From contig JBHLLF010000072.1 in NCBI GenBank assembly GCA_048885865.1, positions 1 through 11,080 on the forward strand: a stretch of DNA of 11,080 nt. Direction: 5' to 3'. Under the pieces are notes generated by a model. It searched no databases, was not told the DNA's origin, and saw only the letters and a list, made by a program, of their open reading frames with translations. Below, piece by piece: positions 1 to 7,312 of the stretch (position 1 is its first letter; the number at the start of each line of letters is the position of its first letter). Source of the stretch: Candidatus Hermodarchaeota archaeon (GTDB lineage Archaea; Asgardarchaeota; Thorarchaeia; Thorarchaeales; Thorarchaeaceae). The position numbers were made by a program, and so were the translations under genes.

Positions 1-777
1 GTCCCTGCATGTTGCACGAGTGTTGTTCAGTCACTCTGGCCCAAGTCCGGTCTTGCCATTCCAGTACTAAACACAGCGTTCATGGCTGCTGCTGCTACTG
101 CATCTGGCGTCAAGGCTGCACTACGTGCAAAGGGCAACGACCATACTCAAGTAATGGTTTGGGCGGGAGATGGTGGTACCTTTGATATTGGCATTCAGGC
201 TCTGAGTGGTGCCTTTGAGAGACGGACAGACATTCTTTATGTCTGCTACAACAATCAGGTCTATTCCAATACAGGAACACAGCGATCAGGAGCCACACCA
301 CTTCATGCTGAAACGACCACGACATGGTATGGGAAGACTGAGCCCGAGAAGATGCTTGACCTGATAGTTGCAGCGCATGAGCCCGTATACCAGGCTACTG
401 CAAATTCATCCTACCCGCGAGACCTCTATGACAAGGTGAAAAGAGCGAGCGAACTTGAAGGCCCGAAGTTCATCCATATCTTCTTACCATGTCCTCAGGC
501 TTGGAACTATCCAGTTGAGCGAGGAGTTGAAGTTGGGAAACTAGCAGTAGAAACAGGCTATTGGATAATGTGGGAGCGCATAGGTGACGAGTTCAAACTA
601 GGTCGTGAGAGCAAGAGATTCCAAGATCCCGCCAAGCGAAAACCAATTGAAGAGTTCCTCCAACTGCAAGGTCGCTTCTCCAAGCTCTTCAAACCCACCA
701 AGGATGAGAAGAAGATCAAGGAGCTTCAGGACTTCGTTCAGCATAGATGGGACCTTGTGATGCGCACATTCACCTGA
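1..777 (+). CDS. porB: Pyruvate/2-oxoacid:ferredoxin oxidoreductase beta subunit (TPP-binding), 5'-truncated by window edge
   Basis: Frame 1 is open from base 1 (VPACCTSVVQSLWPKSGLAIPVLNTAFM...), so the gene starts upstream of the window, not at 82. TPP-binding motif WAGDGGTFDIG...ALSG...YNNQVYSNTGTQRS(G)ATP; conserved LPCP motif and LAVETGYW, FLQLQGRF segments typical of PorB. Substrate specificity (pyruvate vs other 2-oxoacids) cannot be determined. Confidence 0.9.
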   Translation, partial: VPACCTSVVQSLWPKSGLAIPVLNTAFMAAAATASGVKAALRAKGNDHTQVMVWAGDGGTFDIGIQALSGAFERRTDILYVCYNNQVYSNTGTQRSGATPLHAETTTTWYGKTEPEKMLDLIVAAHEPVYQATANSSYPRDLYDKVKRASELEGPKFIHIFLPCPQAWNYPVERGVEVGKLAVETGYWIMWERIGDEFKLGRESKRFQDPAKRKPIEEFLQLQGRFSKLFKPTKDEKKIKELQDFVQHRWDLVMRTFT

Positions 778-796
778 TTATCGACATAACGGCTTG

Positions 797-2779
797 TTAG
801 CCACCGAGATGGACCCAGTACTTCTGATAGTAGATGTACCCTCCAAAAATGACTGTGGCCACAATTCCTGCAACACTCATTACAATCACCATGGGGAAGT
901 CATAGTGATTTGGATTTGTGCCTCGAAGGTACTCATCGAGATTGTTGACTCCATCTTCATCCAAATCTCCTGAGGAATCATCCACCAAAGGATCGAGACC
1001 ATTCTCAATCTCATAATTATCAGGCATGGAATCTTGATCTGTGTCAGAGCTAATAGGTGATGTTCCGAGATTATACTCCACGATGTTCGTCAGGGTGTCT
1101 TCATCAGGGTCTTCATGAGAGTCTACAGCAAGCGGATCTAATCCATAGTCCACTTCCCATTTGTCATCCATGCCATCTCCCTCTGAATCTTTAACCTCAG
1201 GATCTGTGTTCGCATTGAACTCTTCTACATTTATGAGACCATCTCCATCAAGGTCGCCTGCAGAGTCATCGACTAGAGGGTTAAGACCATGATAGTATTC
1301 CCATCCATCCGGCATGGAATCTGAGTCAGAATCAGGATTCATGCTATCCGTTCCCAGAATCATCTCAACCCCATTTGTGAGAGAATCTTGGTCGGTGTCT
1401 TCTTCGAAAGAGGCTGGGAAGAACCACGGATAGTCCCTATCCGGGTAGCCATCCCCGTTGTAGTCCACATCATACTCCACGTCTATTGAATAGCCCATCA
1501 AAGAAGCGCTATCATGTTCTATTACTAATCTATAGAGACCCAATTGGCTTACAAACGTGTTAAATATCGTTTGCTGAGTGTTTGGATTCACATCCTCCGC
1601 TGAATCGACCAATGCTCCGTTAGGACCATAGAGGTAGAAATTAGCAATTCGGTCGCAGAAGGCATTAACCGTGATGTTGCTCGCGAGACTCATTGCGAAG
1701 AGGTATTCTGTTTCATAACTAGTGCTGTCAGCTCCCGAATAATGAATGGACTGCTTCTCTTCGAATTCCAGCGACATGATAAACGCCATGGCGGCCCCTA
1801 GACTAGCCACAAGCTCAGTAGCTACCTCATAATCATAGTCTGGATTGTCCCATGTATCGCTGGAAGTGTGGTAGGCGCTGTCCACTCCTGACTGATGCAC
1901 GAAAAGAGATCTTTGATATCCCCCTTGGATGAAGGCATAATGGTCAGACCTAGTCCATGCGCCGAAAGCATCTGATGGCACTGGTTTAATCATGTCACTG
2001 CCAACATTATTGCTCATCATCTGGGCAATCTCAGCCCAAAGCTTTCCCACATGATAGTCTTCAGTATGACCAGTTGGGTAAACGAGTAGGAGCTTTTCGT
2101 CAGGAGGACTATATTGATCCTGCACAAGTATCATGTCTATATTATAATGGACCAGTATCTCAATTCCTTGACTCATGAACTCGTCCGCAACCTCATAACT
2201 TCCGCGAAGTCCAATCTCCTCGGCATTCCAGAACCCGAAGTAGATGTCTAAAGGCCATTCAAACTGAGACATGACGCGTGCTAACTCCATGGCAGTGGCT
2301 ACACCCGATCCATCATCATTGGCACCTGGTGCACCAGCCACAGAATCGAAATGGCCCCCCACTAGCATGGCCGGTCCCTCTCCGAGATATCCTGGCAGAC
2401 GTCCGACAACTGACTGATACAATCCTATGACTTCAGTTTCTATACGTCCATCAGAAACTCTCTCTAGCTCACTGATTATCCAATTTCTTGCATAGGCATT
2501 TGCATCACTGTAATCTGTTGGCGACGAAATCCATCTTGAGCCATTTTCAGTTATCTTCTGCACATATCCGAGATAGGAACTCTGATCAACTAATGAATGA
2601 ATCAAATTAGAATAGTCGACTCCGTATACCATTGTGTCTGAAAGGTCTACTCCACTTTCTTGGATACCCATTTGATTCAGAGTTGGTGACTGGACTAGGG
2701 TTGAAATCCCAAAAATGAGAATGAATGCAAGTGAGAGAGTCCACAGTCGATTCATAGTTGTCCAACGAGCCGCAACCAT
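797..2779 (-). CDS. Exported, C-terminally membrane-anchored M28-family Zn metallopeptidase with beta-sandwich (PPC-like) linker and TSP3-like DxDxD Ca-binding repeats
   Basis: M28 motifs in order: GGHFDSV, PGANDDGSG, NAEEIGLRGS, NIDMI, RSDHYAF, YHTSSDT. Hydrophobic N-terminus (LWTLSLAFILIFGISTLV; alternative start ATG at 2755). Acidic repeats at residues 461-626, then a TM helix MVIVMSVAGIVATVIFGGYIYY and a short tail. Confidence 0.9.
   Translation of the reverse strand: MVAARWTTMNRLWTLSLAFILIFGISTLVQSPTLNQMGIQESGVDLSDTMVYGVDYSNLIHSLVDQSSYLGYVQKITENGSRWISSPTDYSDANAYARNWIISELERVSDGRIETEVIGLYQSVVGRLPGYLGEGPAMLVGGHFDSVAGAPGANDDGSGVATAMELARVMSQFEWPLDIYFGFWNAEEIGLRGSYEVADEFMSQGIEILVHYNIDMILVQDQYSPPDEKLLLVYPTGHTEDYHVGKLWAEIAQMMSNNVGSDMIKPVPSDAFGAWTRSDHYAFIQGGYQRSLFVHQSGVDSAYHTSSDTWDNPDYDYEVATELVASLGAAMAFIMSLEFEEKQSIHYSGADSTSYETEYLFAMSLASNITVNAFCDRIANFYLYGPNGALVDSAEDVNPNTQQTIFNTFVSQLGLYRLVIEHDSASLMGYSIDVEYDVDYNGDGYPDRDYPWFFPASFEEDTDQDSLTNGVEMILGTDSMNPDSDSDSMPDGWEYYHGLNPLVDDSAGDLDGDGLINVEEFNANTDPEVKDSEGDGMDDKWEVDYGLDPLAVDSHEDPDEDTLTNIVEYNLGTSPISSDTDQDSMPDNYEIENGLDPLVDDSSGDLDEDGVNNLDEYLRGTNPNHYDFPMVIVMSVAGIVATVIFGGYIYYQKYWVHLGG
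902..1399 (-). repeat. Protein-level tandem repeat: alternating 22-aa and 26-aa DxDxD units (3.5 x 48 aa) in the M28 peptidase
   Basis: A units: DTDQDSLTNGVEMILGTDSMNP, DLDGDGLINVEEFNANTDPEVK, DPDEDTLTNIVEYNLGTSPISS, DLDEDGVNNLDEYLRGTNPNHY. B units: DSDSDSMPDGWEYYHGLNPLVDDSAG, DSEGDGMDDKWEVDYGLDPLAVDSHE, DTDQDSMPDNYEIENGLDPLVDDSSG. Confidence 0.9.
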
Positions 2780-2913
2780 AGATGAACATTTTCATTTGTA
2801 TATTTGCTTTGAACCTGGAAGAAAGCATTTGCGCATTCCAGCCGCATCCCTAAATCATATTACACAGTTACTTACTTGATAACATTCCCAAGACGAAATG
2901 GCTGTGTCATATT

Positions 2914-4191
2914 ATGCCACTGACAGACTTTCCCAAAGTGGTTGAGATTAAAGATCCGCTGCATGGTTATGTAGCCCTCTCAGAAGTGGAGAAGGCGGTT
3001 ACAGACCTGCGGCTAACTCAGAGACTGAGGACCATTCGTTCACCTGCTGGAGTCTATATGGTCTTCTCGGGTGCTGACACTTCACTAATGGGAAAGCTTC
3101 TGGGATTCATGCACACCACTCACATCTTCATGGACTATCTGGGAGCCAATGAGGAAGAGATTCAGAATGCTCGCCTTGCCGCAATGTTTCTTACGCTTTC
3201 CACAGGTCCTTGGGAGAATGTAATCAACGAATATTTGGCAGTACGTGGACTCAATCGTAAGCAGCTTGCAGAACTAATCATTACGAAATCCCAAGCTGGC
3301 GAGGCGCTTGAACAGTGTGGATATTCCCAAGATGAAGTTGTGAGTTCCATCAAGCGCGGTGTGCAATTGAAGGGCGTTCGTTTTGATTTGGAAACTACTC
3401 CAATAAATCCTGAGCTCGTTGATCGGCTAGAACGAGATTCCTACTTCTCAGGGGTTGAATATGCTCAGCTCGAGTTCCGGAGACTGTTCCAATCTACCAG
3501 GGTTGCAAAGAACAAGATTGCCATAGAACGTGGTGCATTGTTCACCTTTGAGTCATATCTCTCAGCAGGAGCAAACATGTTCGATGCTGTCTATTACCAT
3601 AAAGCTGTGAGAGCCGCCGAACTCATGCTTCTCAGGATATTGGATGAAGCAGGGGCTGAACTCTTTCCTTCGCCTCGAGATGACATCAATGTCTACCTAA
3701 ATCTAGATGATATATCATTCCTGGATCAATTGCTTAATCCACCGGAGGATGCATCAGAAGAAATGCAAACTGCTTGCAAGCTCTTTGAAGACTTCAGCGC
3801 TAGATACCTAATCAAGATGGCAAGTGAACGTGCAATAAGCGATGTTGCGTTTTTAGATTCAGTCTCGACTCCAGATGGATTGTTCAATATCGAGAAAGAG
3901 ATTGCCGATGATGCTGGGATCGACCCAAGTAATGTCTTTGTTGATTACCCTGACAGGCAGTCTGTGAGCTTCTATCCAGGCAAATTTGACATTGAAGACC
4001 TTGTATTCTTCGAGCGAGGCTCCAAGGGCTATGAGTTCTGGCCGGTTGAGGATATCAGCTTGCTTGCGAGGAGCTTTGAGAGAAAAATCAAACTAATTCG
4101 AGTCTATACAACTCGTGGCTATCGTTCAAAGGTAAAGAAAGCCGCCGATGCCCTTCTGGAGAGCATCGATGCTCCTGGAACCACTGATTGA
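2914..4191 (+). CDS. HD-superfamily phosphohydrolase homologue (SAMHD1/COG1078 dNTP triphosphohydrolase-like) with degenerate active site
   Basis: Family scaffold is recognisable: IKDPLHGYV, QRLRTI, YMVFSGA, RLAA...GP, DRLERDSYFSGV, MFDAVYYHKAVRAAELML, YLNLDD. The catalytic HxRFEHSLG and HDxGHGPFSH motifs read TSLMGKLLG and LTLSTGPWEN. Intact 425-aa ORF. Confidence 0.85.
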   Translation: MPLTDFPKVVEIKDPLHGYVALSEVEKAVTDLRLTQRLRTIRSPAGVYMVFSGADTSLMGKLLGFMHTTHIFMDYLGANEEEIQNARLAAMFLTLSTGPWENVINEYLAVRGLNRKQLAELIITKSQAGEALEQCGYSQDEVVSSIKRGVQLKGVRFDLETTPINPELVDRLERDSYFSGVEYAQLEFRRLFQSTRVAKNKIAIERGALFTFESYLSAGANMFDAVYYHKAVRAAELMLLRILDEAGAELFPSPRDDINVYLNLDDISFLDQLLNPPEDASEEMQTACKLFEDFSARYLIKMASERAISDVAFLDSVSTPDGLFNIEKEIADDAGIDPSNVFVDYPDRQSVSFYPGKFDIEDLVFFERGSKGYEFWPVEDISLLARSFERKIKLIRVYTTRGYRSKVKKAADALLESIDAPGTTD

Positions 4192-4262
4192 ATTCTCGTT
4201 AGCATTACCGAGGGAAAAATAGAATAGCTCCTTTCATATTGGCCAAATCAGTTGTGGTCACC

Positions 4263-4712
4263 ATGAACGATGAAGTCACCTCTGAGATTGGTTTTGATGA
4301 TGTTGTGAGAGACCCCAATTTCCTAGCAATACTTCTAGGAGCGGTCCTGTGGCTCGTCGGAGCGTACATCCCCCTCATTGGCCCGCTCTTTATCACTGCT
4401 GGATTTGTCATCACAGTATTTGCTACAGCATCTACAGCTGCTATTCGACCTTCGAAAGGTGCCTGGCCAGGGCTAATTATAGGCTCTCTGATTTATCTAG
4501 TAGGCCTCTACCTGCGATGGTTTCCATTGGTGAGCTTGCTGGCTCCGCTTGTGGAAATTCCTGGGGCTGTGCTCATTCTCTTCTTCGCAATTCCTATTGC
4601 ACTACAATATAGTAATGCGCCTCTAATGGAAACATTCCAGAGTGAATGGGCTAAAAGGTCAAAAACAAGAACTGACGAATCGGAGGAAAAAGATACAGTA
4701 GCAAATGAATGA
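4263..4712 (+). CDS. Small integral membrane protein, about 4 TM segments, internal duplication, unknown function
   Basis: Two hydrophobic hairpins (FLAILLGAVLWLVGAYIPLIGPLFITAGFVITVFA and GLIIGSLIYLVGLYLRWFPLVSLLAPLVEIPGAVLILFFAIPIAL), an acidic N-terminus and a charged C-tail. ATG at 4263 preferred over TTG at 4239. Fills the gap between two + strand genes. Confidence 0.75.
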   Translation: MNDEVTSEIGFDDVVRDPNFLAILLGAVLWLVGAYIPLIGPLFITAGFVITVFATASTAAIRPSKGAWPGLIIGSLIYLVGLYLRWFPLVSLLAPLVEIPGAVLILFFAIPIALQYSNAPLMETFQSEWAKRSKTRTDESEEKDTVANE

Positions 4713-4763
4713 CCTACATGGTAATTTGCAGCATCTTAAAACTCTAGACGAAATACCTAATAG

Positions 4764-6665
4764 ATGGCAAGTATGAATGAAGGAGGCAAGGACCTCCACC
4801 CTGCACGCCACAGGAGAGGGAGTATAATGTTCACTTGTAGGAAATGCAGGGAGCCTTACTTTGTGCTAGCCGCCCAGATAAGGGGCAGGAATCTTAGGGT
4901 CTTTTTACAATGTATCAATGGTCACAAGGACAAAAGGGACCTGTCACAGTTTCAGGCCGACAACGCGGCATTTGAGTTGTTTAAGGGACTATTCAGCTGT
5001 GTACAATGTGGCTCGATAATGGATATCGCGAGCACCGATGCCCATCGAGACAAAGTTGAGTATATCTTTCTCTGTCCGATTCATGGTCCTCAGAGAAGGG
5101 TAGCACCAACCTTGTACCATCCAACGGTCAATCAGCTACGGACAGAAGTCAATGCAGCAAAATCAGTGCTTGATTCCATGAGCTGTCCACGCTGCGGCCA
5201 GGTGTTTGTAATCCATGAAATCGAGGAGAAGGGCGAGTTTCTAGAACTAAAATCGAAGTGTCCCAATGGCCATAGAGAGCTGCGATTCGTGACGCGAGAT
5301 GCCGATGAATCCATTCTGAAGACGGTTCTTAAGCGTCTGGTTCACTGTGATTCATGCGGTTTGCCTTGTAGCATCCAGGACAAGAGTGCTAAGCGGGATA
5401 AAATGCGATTGGAACTTGTGTGTCCGGTTCATGGGTCGCGCAAGAAGGAATTCCCAATAGCCTACGCCTCATTACTTGAAGATGTATCTCAAGCTGTGAC
5501 AGAGGGTTCACGCATTCGCACTACCTTGAAATGTGCTGACTGCGGCGGGGCCCTCTCGATTCGCAGTATTGAAGATTCAAGGGACGAGTACAAGATAAAG
5601 GCCAATTGTGCGGATGGCCACTCATTTGAAATGGTTCAACGCATTGACTGGAGTGATGAGGCTACTGAAGAGATTGCGAGGGCTATTCTGAAATGTGAAA
5701 AATGCGACCTACTAACTGAAATAGGTTCAAGGAAAGTTGATGGAACGAAAGCCGAAATTGAATTGTCCTGTCCTATCCATGGTTCCATGCGCAAAAACCT
5801 CACTGTTGATGCACTCAAGAACTTGGAGAGAATCGAAGAGCAGATTGATAGACAGCCATCTATTGATGAAAGCCTAAAGTGTGTAAGATGCGGGACTCCA
5901 GTCGTTATCAAGGAGTTCAAGATTGGCAAAGAAGCCGTAGAGGCGAAGATCGAATGTCAAAAAGGGCACAGCGATAATCGCTACTACCTCAATTCCCTCT
6001 CGCCAGCAGTTCTAACGACGGTATATGATAAGGCGTATGAATGTCATAAATGCCACCAGCCACTTACTCTCAAGGAAATCGAGCAAGAGGAATCAAAGAG
6101 CACAGTGAAGATGACTTGCGAAAAGCATGGAGAGCGAAAGCATGAGGTCCCTGTTGAACATAGTGCTGCTATAAGAGATGCATTCACCGCTAGGGCGACT
6201 ATGCCATATCTTGAGTCTGTGATGGAAACACTAGGGCATGAAGATATGTGTCAATTCCAGTTTGACGCTGCGGCTGATCCCGAAGAGTTGATTCAAACCG
6301 TAAAGAGTGTGATCGAGCAACATGACCTTCACTTTGTGTCCGAAGACAAATCAGAAACTATGACATCTGCTTGGTATTATGGCATGGGCTTTCGTGGCAG
6401 TCAGTTTGTAGTCGTGGGAACAGTATCGGAAGAGAATCGGGAAATAAAGATACGAGTATTCTCGGATAATGAGAAGAAGCTCAGCACAATTCTGGCGCAC
6501 ATGCGTGAAAATCTCCGAGAAGTACTACTCCGCATCCGTGCGGATGCAGACGATATTCAGCCACTTATCATACAGTGCGAGAAATGCGGTGCTGGACTAT
6601 CGAAGAGAGGGTTGCCCGGGGAAACTACGCTTTGTGAACACTGTGGAGTGCCATTACACTGGTGA
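4764..6665 (+). CDS. Multi-metal-finger repeat protein: 8 Cys3His fingers, alpha/beta C-terminal domain and terminal Cys4 zinc ribbon; unknown function
   Basis: Eight CxxC-x21-Cxx(GH/HG) motifs, then an alpha/beta domain containing AWYYG, then CEKC-x15-CEHC. No signal peptide or TM segment. Start is ATG 4764 or ATG 4827; the latter has a purine-rich AGGAGAGGGAG upstream and lies three codons before the first Cys. Confidence 0.85.
   Translation: MASMNEGGKDLHPARHRRGSIMFTCRKCREPYFVLAAQIRGRNLRVFLQCINGHKDKRDLSQFQADNAAFELFKGLFSCVQCGSIMDIASTDAHRDKVEYIFLCPIHGPQRRVAPTLYHPTVNQLRTEVNAAKSVLDSMSCPRCGQVFVIHEIEEKGEFLELKSKCPNGHRELRFVTRDADESILKTVLKRLVHCDSCGLPCSIQDKSAKRDKMRLELVCPVHGSRKKEFPIAYASLLEDVSQAVTEGSRIRTTLKCADCGGALSIRSIEDSRDEYKIKANCADGHSFEMVQRIDWSDEATEEIARAILKCEKCDLLTEIGSRKVDGTKAEIELSCPIHGSMRKNLTVDALKNLERIEEQIDRQPSIDESLKCVRCGTPVVIKEFKIGKEAVEAKIECQKGHSDNRYYLNSLSPAVLTTVYDKAYECHKCHQPLTLKEIEQEESKSTVKMTCEKHGERKHEVPVEHSAAIRDAFTARATMPYLESVMETLGHEDMCQFQFDAAADPEELIQTVKSVIEQHDLHFVSEDKSETMTSAWYYGMGFRGSQFVVVGTVSEENREIKIRVFSDNEKKLSTILAHMRENLREVLLRIRADADDIQPLIIQCEKCGAGLSKRGLPGETTLCEHCGVPLHW
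4836..6131 (+). repeat. Protein-level tandem repeat, 116-aa (348-nt) period x4, each unit a two-finger pair
   Basis: First Cys codons of the units at 4836, 5184, 5532 and 5880, exactly 348 nt apart. Unit = CxxC-x21-CxxGH-x24-CxxC-x21-CxxHG-x32; the fourth unit lacks a following finger. Confidence 0.95.
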
Positions 6666-6673
6666 ACTTGGCT

Positions 6674-7237
6674 TTATTCACCTGTCCATTCATTGGTGGG
6701 CTTCTCTAAGGCTCCGAGATGCACCATGATCCTCTCTACTAGGGAGCCAACCAGATCCTCAATCTTCTCGGGACGATGCCAAAATGCAGGGCTCGCCGGC
6801 ATCACCACCGCTCCTGCTTCCGTCACAGCAGCCATGTTACGAATATGAATAAGATTTAGAGGGGTTTCTCTAGGCACAATGACTAGCTTTCTGCGTTCCT
6901 TTAGTGTACAGTCGGCAGCTCTTGCGACTAGATTGTCTGCATATCCATGAGCAATGCCCGCCAGTGTCTTCATTGAACACGGGACTATGGCTACGGCATC
7001 TAGCGAAAAAGACCCGCTTGCAGGACCTGCAGCTAGATCATCCTCACGATATACCTTTTGCACTTCCTTCGCAAGAGTTGCAGCACTCAGACCTGTTTCA
7101 TGCTTGAGTGTTGCTTCTCCCCACTTCGTGACAACTAGATGCACTTCATGCCCCAGAGCTTTCAGCTGACGGATTAAATCCACTCCATAGACTGTTCCAC
7201 TTGCACCGGTAATGCATACAAGGATCCTCATACTCAT
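6674..7237 (-). CDS. ubiX: Flavin prenyltransferase UbiX/Pad1 (prFMN synthase)
   Basis: Motifs ITGASG, PASGSF, PCSMKTLA, DNLVARAAD, LKERRKLVIVPRETPL, PAFWHRP and a C-terminal Trp (WTGE). Likely start ATG 7237 (MSMRILV; or 7231) rather than the TTG at 7270. Confidence 0.93.
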   Translation of the reverse strand: MSMRILVCITGASGTVYGVDLIRQLKALGHEVHLVVTKWGEATLKHETGLSAATLAKEVQKVYREDDLAAGPASGSFSLDAVAIVPCSMKTLAGIAHGYADNLVARAADCTLKERRKLVIVPRETPLNLIHIRNMAAVTEAGAVVMPASPAFWHRPEKIEDLVGSLVERIMVHLGALEKPTNEWTGE

Positions 7238-7312
7238 TCCGTCATCTACTCCACTGGATGATATCTTCAAACCTGATGCTTGATTTGCCTTTCTGTTCTG
7301 ACACTTATGTTT

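Noticed and set aside
247-288. PorB reads YNNQVYSNTG rather than the common DNEAYMNTG
   Set aside because: It still satisfies the general GDG-x(24-27)-NN TPP motif and is within plausible family variation; no functional claim is supportable.
2780-2913. Divergent intergenic region as an ncRNA or defined promoter pair
   Set aside because: Only weak AT-rich tracts are present, with no convincing hairpin, tRNA fold or unambiguous TATA/BRE.
2914-4191. HD gene as a decaying pseudogene
   Set aside because: The ORF is full length without stops or frameshifts; losses are concentrated on catalytic residues while structural motifs are kept.
6042-6056. CHKCH matches the c-type haem-binding CxxCH motif, raising the idea of a multihaem cytochrome
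   Set aside because: Only one of nine N-terminal CxxC motifs is followed by His. It sits in register as finger 8, and the protein has no export signal.
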